Positions 12,301-27,300 of a DNA stretch of 64,000 bases are shown one piece after another. The stretch lies in assembly GCF_964355755.1 (NCBI RefSeq), contig NC_092679.1, forward strand, positions 13,871,432 through 13,935,431. The letters run 5' to 3'. Position numbers and translations under genes: made by a program. Source of the DNA: Antedon mediterranea (Eukaryota; Animalia; Echinodermata). How positions within the stretch are numbered: position 1 is the first letter of the stretch; each line of letters opens with the position of its first letter. The notes beneath the pieces are model-generated. The model was not told where the DNA came from. It made no database searches and worked only from the letters and a program-made list of their open reading frames with translations.

Positions 12301-15300
12301 CATTGTAGTTATAAGAACAACAACATTCATTTTAGTAATAGTACTAATATATATTTATCCTGTACCAGTTACTTTCCTTTAACATAATATTAGGAACCAC
12401 TGGAAAAAAGTATATAAAACATATACTGTATCAAACTTGGCTCAATAACCACTGGACTATTAGTAAACCGACAAAAGACCATTTGACTGACAATTATAGC
12501 GTTAGCATCCATAACAATACATGGAGGTGATTATCAACTTTACTTTTATGAAATTATTTATCTGGAAACAAACACTTATAATGGTACAGAGTTGCTAGAT
12601 GACGAACAAGTTCCATGGCATGGGTAACAAGACCAGTGCACTGTTGAACGGCACTTGCAGTTCCCTTAGCAAAAAGGCAAATTTTTGCAGTCACACTTTA
12701 GCAATTCCCTACATGCCTGCTTCAGGTAGTATTGTCCAGACTGGTGTCCATGTACTGCCGGTTTTAGTCCAACCAAAGTCTTCTGGTGATGGAGCATTCT
12801 GCTGTGGCTCTGGACTGGTGGTCCAAATGCTTGCTTGGTATATGGATCGGTTGGAATGCTGTAAAAGTGCATCCTACAATAAACAATTTAAAGATTGGTG
12901 TTACCTTTTAATGAAAGAAAAACATGAACCTGATAATAAATTATTAAACGACAATTGACAATTATATGGAAGCTCCCGTTACCTGTGTAGGAGGAATGTT
13001 GTCCATTGTCCTTTCTTGAAAAAAGATCTTGTCTTAGCTTAGTAACACTTCTTAAAGTACTTGTCTTGTCTTGTCGTATAGATGACATGTAAACTCTTCT
13101 AGCAACTGGAATTGAGATGAGTTGACTCCTAGAAAGGGTGATGTGCCATGAAAAGAAAGGCTTCTGTGACTGCTGGAAATGAGTTCCACGTCTCCCATGC
13201 GGAGTGTTTTGCTTTTCCGAAGAACTGGGATGTAGTATCGGACCCAGTAAATGCATGAAAAACTGACAGCCCTCTCCTGGGTTATGGCAGATGGTATATA
13301 TATTAAAATAATTGGAAGTGCTTACACCCATGTCAAATGCGACCCATATACACGTACCAGGATAACAGGCTATTAGATTGCAGAAAATACCAACCAGGAT
13401 AACAATGACATCAGTATCAACTGTACGCACCAAAATAACCATGCTACCATGTGAATGCACATCCTGGAGTCGGCCTCTTCATGGTCGCAGATTGACATAG
13501 GTTGAGTAGATGTCAACATACAATAGACTCGCATACAGGACATATATCAAGAATTACTTACTAATTTAATATGCCTTTTTAATTAATTATTGGTATGAAA
13601 CTGTATAAGTAAATTAATCGTTTGGTTACAAACAAAATAAATTAGTATGTATCATAATAAAACTTACCTGATGTAATGTAAACTTCTTTGCAGTCAGAGT
13701 AATCATGGGTAGACAGACACCTTTGTAATTAAAAAGTTAAATAACTCCTCTTAATTTACTGGATCTTTCAGAAAGTCTGGAAAATTCCCTGGAATCTTTG
13801 TTTGTCCCCCAACTTTCCTCCTGACCCCTTTTCCTCTTTTTCTCCTGTAGACTGCTTAAGACTATCTGTTCTGTAAGTGTCCCGCACTATATCAATTCTG
13901 TTACTATTCTGCAGCTGCTGTCTGGTCCACGGTAGAAGACCTGTCATACAAATGATACAAGAATAACGATCCGCATATAGAAGTGACCAATTATGTGGTG
14001 GTTAAACAATAGATACAATCCTGAATGCAAAGAAATGTACTCACCTTATCACCGTAGTCATCAAATGTAAATGCATGGTTGCTGGAAAGAGCATGGACAA
14101 TAGCAGCTCCGTCAAACACCTTTACGTCAAAATATGTAGGAGGTTCAGGCTGGCCTTCAGTCTCCAAATGCTGTAGCAACTCAGACTTCTTAGTTGGTAG
14201 TCGAAGCTTTCCATTTACAGCCAAAGAGGGTGGCCATCATGGCTGGTTTTCATGCATGAAGAAGTCTTCCAAATCTCCATCACGAGATTGACTTGCATGA
14301 TACAGTCGACTGAATAGGCTGGAGTCACTTTTTAAACTCTTAACTTGTTGCTTTGTTTTGGACACTGATTTTGACCATGGTGTGTTTAACAACGGCAGCT
14401 TATTCTGTTTGATGGCTTGTTGAATTGTAACACTTCTGTCGAGAATAACTTCCTTGAAATATGTTTGGTACTGGGTAGTACCTACATCCTGAATTGTACG
14501 AACTGTCACTACTGCACTTTCATTGGCACAATCTCAAGCATCCAAGACAAGAAGTTCTGAACAATTATCGAGGAATGGGTTGCCTGCATTGCTCAGGGAA
14601 CTGCAAGTGCCGTTCAGCAGGTCTTTCTTGCACAGGTCTTTGTTGCCCATGCCGTGGAACTTGTTCGTCATCTAGCAACTCTGTACCATTATAAGTGTTT
14701 GTTTCCAGATAAATAATTTCATAAAAGTAAAGTTGATAATCACCTCCATGTATTGTTATGGATGCTAACGCCATAATTGTCAGTCAAATGGTCTTTTGTC
14801 TGTTTACTTTAGTCCAGTATTATTGAGCCAAGTTTGATACAGTACAGTATATGTTTTATATACTTTTTTCAGTGGTTCCTAATATTGTGTTAAAGGAAAG
14901 TAACTGATACTGATACAGGATAAATATATATTAGTAGTTCTATTACAAAAATGAATGTTGTTGTTCTTATAACTACAATGTTCATAACATAGCCCAATAT
15001 TGGCGCGTTTTGATTGAAATCCCCTTCAATATGACAGAAAATTACATTATTTGACCTATATATTCCGTCTGAAGAGAAATCATATATTTTTTATGTGTGT
15101 ATTGCAATGTACATGTCATGAGCTTTAATTTGATACCAAACTTGGTATGTATATACGAAGATTTAAGTTTTCACCTAATTACGTAATACTAAAAAAAGGG
15201 CGTGGTCCAAATGACGTCGTTAAATTGTTCCGATTTTTGGGCACCCCTTCTAAGATTGTTAGATATACCCTAAAGAAGGTTTGTGCATAATTTGGTGCTT

Positions 15301-18300
15301 TTTTCACAAAATGCACAATCTTCATAAAAACTGGAAGTTAGCTATAAGAAGAATTTAAGGTTATTTGGTAAAAAAAATAGGCCGTTGGTGGTATGCCCAT
15401 CTATGGGAATGTTCGCTTCTTTTGTACATAATACTTACAGCAGCCATATGTCGCCGCCTTGAAATGCTTTTGATGGGATACTTCGTAGTTTGTTATTAGC
15501 AAGATATCTATGGTATGGTATTGAGAAAATAACAGATTAGTCTTAAATATGACCCGAAGTTACTTTATAGATGCAACCTTCAATCACCACAAAAAAAACT
15601 GGATAATACCAATGAGCACCATATTACAAAAATTATAGATATCATCGAGTTAAATTAAAAAGATTTTGACATCTATATATAAATTTACGTAAGGGCAAAA
15701 TTCGGTAAATCGCGCCTTACTTCTAGAATTTTTACTCGATGGTATATAAAGTTGGTTCGTACTTTCGGTACTGATTTTAACCACCTGATGTAACCCTGTT
15801 TACTAATTAAATTAAGTTAGATAATTAGTTATTGACGATTAAAACGAATTTAGGTTCAACGATTTGCCCCAAATAGGGGTGTTTTCCGATCATGGTATAC
15901 ACTGTCTAATGGATGTCCATCTTAAAAAACACCCGCCACAAAAATGCGAGGAGGCTTCGCATTTTCCTATCTCCTCCTACGATAATTGTTTTTAATAGCT
16001 GAAAACCGGTTGAACAGTTCGAGTACAGCATCATAATGTTGAAGACAGGCCGATTTTCTTTAAAAAATACTATTTTGATACATTTAATATACGTTTTTAC
16101 AAATGTATTGATTTGTGATGAATGGAACATTCCAAATTATTTGGTTTAACCATACAGGTATAGATTTAGATTTATGGGCCCCCTTGGAGAATAAACATAA
16201 ATAGTATTGCAATGCTGTACAATACTGTTAAGGTATTAACCACTTTTGATCACAATTTGAATCGCAAATTTCTTACTGTGAGTGTTGGTACTGTTAGATG
16301 TAATATAAAAATATATACAAATAAACTTTATTAATGTGAGTGTGGGTAGGCCCTACTGTTAGATTATAAACATATAATATACAAATAAACATTCCAAATT
16401 ATTTGGTTTAACCATAGAGGTATAGATTTAGATTTATGGGCCCCCTTGGAGAATAAACATAAATAGTATTGCAATGCTGTACAATACTGTTAAGGTATTA
16501 ACCACTTTTGATCGCAATTTGAATCGCAAATTTCTTACTGTGAGTGTTGGTACTGTTAGATGTAATATAAAAATATATACAAATAAACTTTATTACTGTG
16601 AGTGTGGGTAGGCTCTACTGTTAGATTATAAACATATAATATACAAATAAATAAACGTTATTACTGACAGTTGCTTCTCAACGTTTGTATTAATTAATAA
16701 TTTAAAAATATATAAACGTCGTAGTGGTGTATCGTTACATGTACTTTACTATTTCAATCGACTATGACAGTGAGAGTTTTAACAAAGTACCGTATTAAAT
16801 CGTAAATGTTTTACTGTATTTAGTGGTATATTATTTATAGGCCTATAAAACATTAAAAACAATATTTCGTTACTGAGTGGATAAGAATATATTTTAAAAT
16901 GTTTCCTCTTTGTACCTATCTTCTTCCCCCATCCCTCAACCCTTAATGTTACATACAAAACACAAATTGGGTTTGTTTAAATGAGTCCAAATAAAAAAAT
17001 TTGACTCATTTTGTTTCTCTCTCGGAAGTAATTCCCAGGGTGCTAATTTTGGTTGACTACATAAATCATTGTGTATATTTATTCGTTTCTGTAAACGACA
17101 ATGTATTATAGTCCTGCGGTACGTACATTTGAAATCTCCATTTTTTTCTCGCTGGAAATACTGTGTATTCGAGAACCATCTGTGGGCACGACCTAGATGG
17201 TACGCGAGCGAAGCGAGCGTGCCATCTAGTTATAATAATTTAACATCTATCCGGGGGTTGTTTTATAGCATGTTTAAATATGACCCGAAGTTACTTTAGA
17301 GATGCAACCTTCAATCACCACAAAAAACTGGATAATACCAATGAGCACCATATTACAAAAATTATAGATATCATCGAGTTAAATTAAAAAGATATTGACA
17401 TTATAATAATTTAACATCTATCCGGAGGTTGTTTTATAGCATTTTTAATGAATTGTTTTCAATTATATTAATTATGATATAAAAATAAATTAAACATTTG
17501 CTTATAATTTAGTAATGTAGTATATAAAAGCCCATATTAAAATTAATTTAAACAAAACATGTGAATTGATAGTTGATTTTAGGACAAAAAATTGGTCGGT
17601 TCATGAGCCCCTAAATATAGGAAATGAGTTAATTAAAGTTGTCCCAGCGTATAAATATCTAAGAACTATAATAGACAAAAAGCTGGACTGGTTTAATAAC
17701 ATTAAAAAACTCCATAAAAAGGGACAACAACGGCTATATCTGTTAAGAAAACTTAGGAAATGTAATGTTAGTAAACAAATTCTTATACTGTTCTACCAGT
17801 CAACCATATATCTTTTTGTAGAATTATCTGGGAGGCTTGTTTATATGAAAAAGATAAGGAACTATTAAATAAAATTACCAGAAGGGCTGGGCGGGTTATT
17901 GGAGTTGATGTATCTGTTCTTAGTTTCAACTACGATGCAGGTGTTCTCTCCTTGGTAAAACGTATACTCTCCCAAACAGACCACCCGCTCCATAAGGAAT
18001 ACATTTTTCTTCCATCAAATATTCGTATCCGTCTGCCTCGAGCCGTACTAAACGCTACAATAAATCATTTGTCCCACAGTCTATTGTCACCTATAACAAA
18101 CTTGTCCAGCGCTAACTCATGGAGAGAACACCTGGATCGTAGACTTTTTGATATTTTATTAGTGATTTTCTATATTGACTGTTTTCTGCATGTACGTATA
18201 TTGTTATTATCTCTGCAGTGTATATAAGAGGAATTTCTAATGTATTTTTATATTGGACCAAATAAAGAATATATATATATAATATATTTTACCATTTTTT

Positions 18301-21300
18301 ATATTTTGTGGCCAGTAAAAATCATACCGTAATTTATATAATATAGATCTGTGCCTTAAAAATATATATATATATATGTCACATACATTTACAGATTTAG
18401 TAAATCACGTGTAAATTCTAGAATTTTACTCAATAGTAAGCTGGTGGTAAATACTTTCGGTAAAGTTTTTTTCACATAATGAAAAAATACTACATGAATG
18501 AACATTAGTTACTGATGATTAAAACGAATTTATTTTGTTCTTTTGGCACAAATATTTGTCGATACTGAAATATATCCACACACAACAATGCAACGATGCT
18601 TCGTTGCGAGCTATCTCCGTTTACCATTAGAATTCGCTGGAATTCGGCACCGCAACCGCAATAACACTGTAATGGTAACTGGCAAACAAAGTTTTATATT
18701 TTTAAAATGTAATTTTACTATGTGGAATATACATTGTTCAATTGATTAATGACAGTGAATTGATAAAAGTCCTCTTCCATCCATTTATCCGTTACGCTAT
18801 TCGTCTTGGGTAGACATTGCGTATGCTAATCGTTTCCATGATAATAATTTAAAATAAATAAGTGCATCAACCTAGCAACGTGACCGATAAATACAAATAG
18901 CCAATAAATAGAAAAAGGTAAGTAGTACAAGGCTATGTATCTTTGTTACGGAATAAGAGCTAGACTTTCGATCGCCCTCTAGTGAGATTGTATAAACAGA
19001 AAACAGTTATATTTATTACTCACATGCTACTTCCTGTTGAGAGTTTGTAAGTTCCAGTAGATAGTTCTACGACAGATGGTGAAACATAGCTAAAAAGAAT
19101 AAAACACAAATCACATCATTAATATTTATTCTAAATTTAAATTGGCCATATCAAAGTAATATTAAAGTTATTCACTTTAAGTAAAAAATTCGAGGCAAAA
19201 ACAACAAGTTTACGTAATTAAAAGGTAAATTAATTTGGTTACATTTCGCCTGGAAAATCTTTACGAGCGAAAGTAAACAAAGATTTCAAACCACGAGTAT
19301 ACATTATGCATGATGCTAATTAGGATTGTTTACAACTCATCGCGGTTGAGAAGAAGTTTTCACACAGATCGCGAGGAAGTTTTATGATTATGCATACAGA
19401 GTAGCCAAACAAGCGCGTTGCATTATGAGATATGTTTTGATCGAAAACTTTGACTGGAAGTCAAAGTTATTTTTTGAACCAAAAAACGTCCGTATTTTGG
19501 TTAAATTATTTTTTTTTTCAACTCATTTTTGGTGAAAGTTAATAACTATTATGATACTTCAAAATGACGCACTTTTTTTCGAAATACTGTATTCAAAAAT
19601 TTTACTTTTTTTTATTATTCAAAGGGACAATACATCTTTAATAATAAAGTATTGTGTGTATAGTTTGGTTCCGCCGAACAACGCCGATATACTGTACTAG
19701 ATGGTACGCGAGCGAACTTCATTGGTAGTAAAGAGAATACAAATGACGTTTAACTATATTATCACAAGTTAATTAAGTTTGTTAGTCTGTAATACTATTC
19801 TGCGACTTGTTTACACTTGTGGGTTCACAGAATATAATTTATCATAATAATCTTAAGGATATTGTTTAACAACGGCACACTTCCTTTTAGGCCTACATTT
19901 CAACAGATCCACCATTTGTAAATGCAAACGCATTTTCACCAAGCATTTGAAGTTTCGTGTTATCAATTCGCCTGAAAAAAAAAAAGATGTACTAGTTCGT
20001 AGTTCCTTATTAAATTCAATTAAAAGGCAGTCACCATATTTTTTAGATATTTTAATACTTAATAACTGTCTAATTGTCTTGACCTCTTCTATTTCTTCTG
20101 GTCAAAGTTCAATTTAAGCATTTACGTCCTCTATGGTGAATAAGTAACTAGCTTTACAAAGACAAAGCACACACGACCTACCTAATGTTTCAAAATATGT
20201 TGGTATGGATCGATGAACCTTGACCTACTCTACCTTATAACAGTTGACCTACTTCTTTATTTCAAAATTATAAAAGTTTAAAATTAGATTGCGCAACTTT
20301 TACCATATTATGTTTCATATCTTTGACTTTATTATTCCATATTTTGTCCCATACCATAGTCTTATTTAAAAACTCTGTTTCACATTTTACTTGGGAGACT
20401 GGCACTGTCGTGACCTTTGACTTAGGCCTACTCTAGTATTTGCTATCCTATTTCCGCATACTTGTTTGCTACGCCCTCTACGCCGAATAAGTAGCTAGCT
20501 TTTACGAACGTTATAACACTTTATCTACTTAAGTGTAATGTTGTAACAAAAATTAAAAACTTACAAAGCTGATAATTTGCTGTTGTTTGCAAATGTAAAA
20601 GGTTCAATGATATTTATATCATTAGATGACAGGTATCTGAAAAAAAAAATCATCATTAGTTTTTAGAATAAATATCTCAAATTATAAAAGTTGTTAAATA
20701 AGAGTGTGGTAGTCGTGGTAGTGACAGGTGGTACCATAGCAGCAGCAGCGGCGGCAGCAGGAGCAGCAGCAGAAACAGTACAACAAAGTGACTAGAACGA
20801 TCATCAACGTGTATTTTCAGTAACTAAACATGCAGTACATTATTTATTTTATTCATTCGTGTTGTAAAGAAAAATCACTTAAGCCCCTTTCTCACAGAGT
20901 TGTGTGCCAGGAATATTGCGGGAATATACCATTACCATGCCGGTATGGTTTTCTGTGAGAACGGGTCGTCTTGGCATCATGCCGGCACCATGCCGGCATC
21001 GACATGACCTGCTTTAGACCTAGTAATATTCTAGGGATATTCCCCGCAATGCCAGACGGGCATTCTGTGAGAACGTATCACCGTTATATTCCGGGGTTCC
21101 CCGTCGAGGCTTTGACACCTTGCGCAGTGAAGTGTATCACTTTGGCGCCTATTCAATTCAATTAACAATAATAATGTCGAACTGGAGGGATAATGAGATA
21201 AGAGAGCTGCTTAAAATAAGGGGACCAGAAGAAATTTGTAGCATAATCTATATAGGCCGCTAGGCTAGGCCATTAGCTCTTTGTTTGTTGGTGCCTGACC

Positions 21301-24300
21301 TTTCGTCGCCTTGTAAATTGTAGGCCTACAGCCTTCTAAGGTGTTTTACAGATTGCCGATGACGGCAAATTAATTGCTATACCGGAATAATATACGCACA
21401 ATATACTGTACATAGCATGTATTGCATAAATATGCTATAAAGGAAGATAATAATCTGTAACTTAACATTCGCCGCCATATCATCGCTAGACAAAAATAAT
21501 AACAATAAAGGACGCCCTCAATAATTATTTTGTCAGAGACTTTTTATTGGCCGAATATGCCCGATTCCTTTCTCACAGAAAGCCGGTATATACCGGTTAT
21601 ATTTCCGGCACGATAGTCCGATGAGAATGGGTATATGCCGGTAACGATACCGGCACGACGCCAGCACTGTACCGGTATATTGCAGGCACATCTGTGAGAA
21701 AGGGGCTTTAGAGACGCTATAAAATAACAGCTGATGATCATCTATATCAAATCAAATATTCTTTTTCATCATCATCGTTATCATCAAAATATAAAGAAAG
21801 ATCAAATAAAGTAAAACATGTCTATGAAGAGAAACAAGGCCAACAGCCATTAAGTCGCGTGCTACAATGCATAGTGATACCGGACCGACAGACAGACCGA
21901 CAGACCGACAGACAGACAGACAGACAGAGAGACCGACCGACCGACATAGTGAACTATACTGACCGAAATTACTGAAGATGTTTAAAAATGTTGAAATGTT
22001 TAAAAACATTTTTTTTTTTTTAATTTACACGTGCGTAGCCTGTCACTTTCGACGTGCTCGTATAACGTAATTTCGAGTTGAAAAGTAAGTCAAGAAAACA
22101 GAAATCGGGCAAAAAGAGTGCGCAATAACATTTAACGCGCAGTGCGCGCGCAAAAATATGCGCACTCATGGCAATTTTGTAAACGCTTAAAATTGCCTGA
22201 AATGTACTCTTATTTCATCGAAAATAAATTTTGAAAATGTTAAGCGCGCGTACGCATGCGTTACATGCGCTACGCACGTAATTGTATTGCCATATGATGA
22301 TTTATGCCCTGAAATTTATGAGTACCAAATTTTATTTAATTGTGATTCATGGTTGTGAAGATATGATTACAAACGTGATTTCGTTAAATCGTGCGTAGAC
22401 GTGACCGCGTAATTTTTTATTGCGCACCGTGAAAACATAACCACATTGATTCCTGGCCATAAGGAATATACTGTGAAAAATTGACCTAGCTAGATTAAAC
22501 TGATATCAAGATAAGGTCAGAAAGCGATAAAACGCATAGTGATACTGGACCGACAGACAGACAGACAGACCGACAGACAGACCGACAGACAGACCGACAG
22601 ACAGACCGACAGACAGACCGACCGACCAACATAGTGAACTATAGAGTCGCTTCCACGCGACTAAAAACGGAAACACATCAAAATTCTAAATGATCTTGAT
22701 ACCCCAATAACAAGAAATTATTTAAGCTGTTGCCGATTACGGTTATAGAAACTGCGCTTAATTATTATATAACTTAAATTTGTATTTAGAAATTAATAAT
22801 ACTTAGTAATCAAATGTCGGATTTAAATTCTCCCATAAATTTGCTAGTGTAATGCTAATAAATTATAAAACAAGCAATAATATAAATGATTTTGTCATCG
22901 TTAAGTTTTGTCACTAAAATGATCGACTATTAACTGCTTTTGTTGAATATGTTTCTGAAACATGGCTAAAACTATAAAGACATTTTACTATATTCAGTCG
23001 GTGAAACAACAATGTCTTTTCAGGTTTAAGTGTATCATGCAGGAATTGCATGAACCTTTCCATTCTTTGACTATAATGGTATAAAAGTTGCTCGGATACG
23101 TGCATTACCAAAACCGTATAATCATCAAATAAACACATGTTTCGTCATCAAGGGTGATTTCAACCGAATGAAAAATAAAGCGTTATCCTCTAATATACAG
23201 ATATTGACTGTTTAGAGGTTAAATATAAGATTTGACATCCCCGAGGGAATGATATTATGTTCGAGGGAATATATATTTCCCGAAGCGCCAGCTGAGGGAA
23301 ATATATATTCCCCGAGAACTTAATATCATTCCCGAGGGGATGTCAAATCTTATATTTAACCGATATAAAAGGCAATATCTGTTATATTATATAGCCAAGA
23401 ACAAGTCTGCTGGGTTGGGTGAAGCTAGGCTAGCTAGGCTAGGCCTCCTTTCTTATAGTATTTGTATTGTATTTAAAACAAGCCTGCCTAGACACCTTAC
23501 CTTGCGAAGAATAATATACAGATAATTACTAATTAATGATTCCTTGGCAATAAAATATTCACTTAGGCCTAGGTCGTTTAAATTAACAGAAGAATTTTCA
23601 TCAATAAGCCTATTAATAATAATATTATAATCAGGTAGGCCGAATAAACAATTCGTCGTCTTCCTTCTCGATCTTCGAGGAGCCGAATCACCGGATGTTC
23701 AGCGCGTACTAGTTACTAGGTTACTACCGTGAGTTTTGACCAATCATAAACGGTGTTTCATCACATTTAGGGTGGACTTATAACAAATGAGGGCGCTATG
23801 TATGCATAGCTTAAATAGTTTAGAAGATTAATTTCTTCAAGCAAATTCCGTGGCCCAGCGGATGAAACGTTGTCTTGCGATGGAGTGCCAATTCCACCCG
23901 AGTTCAAGATCGAGTAGATGACTTTTGTTTATTTATCGGCAAACTCGAGTGTTGCACACGAAAATTACACAGTCAATATCATCGTACTCGAGAATTTACA
24001 TGATTAATGACAGGGGACACGATTATTACGCGAAAATTACACAGTCAATATCATCGTTCTCGAGGATATATACGATTTACGATCCTCGCAGCGGTAGTCA
24101 TGTGATGCAGTTTCAACCAATCACGTTCGCGTATTTACATAGGCTATGTAATATAAGCAAATAATTACTGTTTTGTAATAACTGTATATATAATTATATT
24201 ATAACAATGTAATTGGTGGTTTCATTTAGGAACAAATAAACAGAACAATACGCAATGACCAATTTGGATGCACTAAGATGTATACACTGCTGATGCATTT

Positions 24301-27300
24301 GTATCTCTTACATGCAGCAGCAGCAATGGCAGCAAAAAACAACAGAAGAAACAGAAGTTGCAGCATCGGCAACAGAAGCATCGGCATCAGCAGAAAAAGT
24401 TTTGAAGGTAACAATTGAACTTACAAGTTAGTTATCACGGTGGATCCTTGAAATGTGGTATTTCTCAGTATAGTTATTTTGTTGTTCTTCAGGCTTCTAT
24501 TATGAAAACAAAAATTATGCCACTACTTAGGATACTTTATTAAATGCGATTGTATAATAGTAACTTCGTTTTATCATTTTCTATGCTTTATTCATTGACT
24601 GTGAAATCTTCAGAAATACGTTTTATTGTTGTTATTGTTCTAAACCGCAGTGCCGTCCAGTTGTAATATTGTTAATAGTGAGACTTTTCCATCGGGACGG
24701 TAAACGAAAAGAGACGGTAATTTAATTTATAGAGTCTGGTGCTAAATGCCTTCGAAACAAAAGCAACAACGGTTAGCCACCTCTAGGCTTAGGCCCCTGA
24801 TCCGTATGCATGCAAGCTCGGTTGAGCAGGTTCTGCGTTAGTCAGGCTAGGTATTCAACACATAATCAAAAACCGAGTTTAAAAAAAAATAAATCTAGAA
24901 GTATCAAAATGAATTTACATCCTACACATACTATATATACACATATGATGTTTTTGTTATGAAAATAAACAACTTGTGCCTATCATGTATACATTTGCTT
25001 TGCTTATGGTTTAACAGTTTCAGAAAGACATCAACTGTGCTGCTTCGTCTGGTTGAATTGTAAGACCGATCTTTAGATCGGCTAAATAATGAACGGAATG
25101 TATGCCACCTACTTTCGTTAATTTACCGTCTCGAAGCAAAAGCTCACTACTAAAAGTTAGTTCTACACAGGTAAAAGAAGTAACATTTTCAAATTATATT
25201 GTCAACTTACAAAATACGAAGAAATGGAAGATCATTAAAAACTGTTGATATGTCTGTCAGCAAATTTGTGTCTGCATGTCTGAAATGTTTAGATAAATTA
25301 AAATTATTATTTATAACTAAATATAACCAGGAAAGAGTTAAATTAATTTAACTCTTCCCTGATATAACTCAATACATTACATAGTGTGTATCTTTTAATG
25401 TATGCGTATCATTGCTATAGAGTTCAGCGTTGCTGACGTCACGACGGTAGATGGCGCTGCGTGGACGGTATGTACAGAGCCATATATATATAGAGTTACG
25501 ACATTGAATGCAGATCAATTTGTGTCAAACTTGTCTCCGTTAATTCATGTAAAGTATAGGAGCAAGAAAATACTTTAAACATTTTCTTATATTAAAAAAA
25601 AATGTAATTGCACATTTTACGGTGAAATATCGATGTGCACAGCGTACAGAAGTACTTGCGGCAAAGAATATTGCGCGCGCGTGCGCTAGTACATTATAAA
25701 GTTCGATTGATTGATTTTGGAACGAAACATCCCATAACTACGTCCTATAAATAACAATTATGTAATATTTTCAATTCATAATGCATGCTTTTTGATGACT
25801 AAATAAAATAATAAAGCGTCGTGGATGTATTTGTTAATATATTGAATAGGGTATGAACAATATTAAAATAATAAAGGCAAATTATTACAAATGAAATAAT
25901 GAACGAGTCTCTGAAAGTTAGTATTAAAAACACACGGAGAGCATATACTGTATAAAAAGAGGGGTGAATTTGTATTGGTTCATGCTTTGATGTATCCTGA
26001 CTTGCATGTAGGCCCTAGCATATATTATTTTGTTATTATAGACACAATATATATATGTTACCAAATTAATACCATTAATAAAATTAATTACTAAAACAAA
26101 AAATACATTCGAATAATTATCGATCTATAGTTTCCCCTATGTTTCATAATTTTTGGGATTTTATTTGTGTTACACGAGCTTGTTGAAAATAAGCACTTTC
26201 TTATCAGTGGGGGATAGTTGAAATTACACAGTAAAATCTCTATTCTTTTGTACACAAATTTTGTAAATAGAGAGGCATTTTAAAAAGCTACGAAAAATAA
26301 ACAGTGTGGTAAAAAATTTTTTCAGATGACTAAGTATAGGTAATATAACTTGAATATTACATTTCTTGAATTTTTATTCAACTTCAAATTTTTATTTTCA
26401 TGCTATAGCAAAAATTATCCACCGTATATCCACCATCTTTTTTCACCTTCTAGGGAGTCACAAGACATGTTATTACATTAGGTTAACTACCTAACTACTG
26501 AAAAAAGGTCTTCCTGGTTTTTATGGAAGAATTTTGCAAAATTTTGTATTTGGCCATATTTAGAGAAATTCATGTTTTTTTCGTCTTGATTTCTGTTACA
26601 AATATTTGATTTATATTATATATTATATTTAAAATTCATTCCTGTACCTGAGCTTTAAAACTTAATCATTTTCAATAAAAACAACTAAAATTTCAAAAGA
26701 TCACTAATTATTTGTAATAATAATAATAATAATAATCTATTTATTCTTCAACTACAGTTTAAGTCTAAAAAAGTCAAGCAAGATACATAATTTGATAGAA
26801 ATACAGATATCTATAGTTTATCAACATAGTAGCGGTGAACGCATTTTTGGTTGCGCTTGCAACCACGCAGAGCCATCTATCGTTGTGACGTCACACCGCA
26901 GAACTCTATTACCTGCTTGCAAATCACACTTAATAATTTGGAATCTGGATGGATTAGAATAAACGTTCACATCCTAAAACAGAGAGTAGGCCTAATAGTA
27001 ATAGGGAATATTTAACCCGAAGTGTTGCAACAAAATACGAGTATTATTTCAAAAGAAATAGAAAAGAAGGTTTTGCAGGGCTGTGGTGTAACTATTGTAT
27101 TTTGAATTAATATTGTAAAACGGACATAACGTCAACTAATTTGATATAATATGACAGTGATAATATGATTAAACTAATTAGTAACAGTAAGAATTTAATA
27201 AACATAACAGACTTACATATTACCAATTGTCTTCGGCAAGCTTGGTAATTTACTAAGTAAATTGTTATTAACATTTCTGTCAACAATTAAGATATAAATA

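Noticed and set aside
16957-17056. AG/GT-bounded candidate exon for the LRR gene
   Set aside because: 100 nt (frame-breaking), no LRR pattern, and inside a Helitron.
23130-23160. Minus-strand TTGATGA-CGAAAC hammerhead-like string
   Set aside because: No stem II, non-canonical core, and no convincing stem I.
23850-23915. tRNA-like sequence (also a B-box-like motif at ~51553)
   Set aside because: No complete cloverleaf could be folded; at most a SINE or pseudogene remnant.
24226-24414. Leu/Ala-rich ORF resembling a signal peptide
   Set aside because: Translation of a degenerate (CAG)n tract in an intron.
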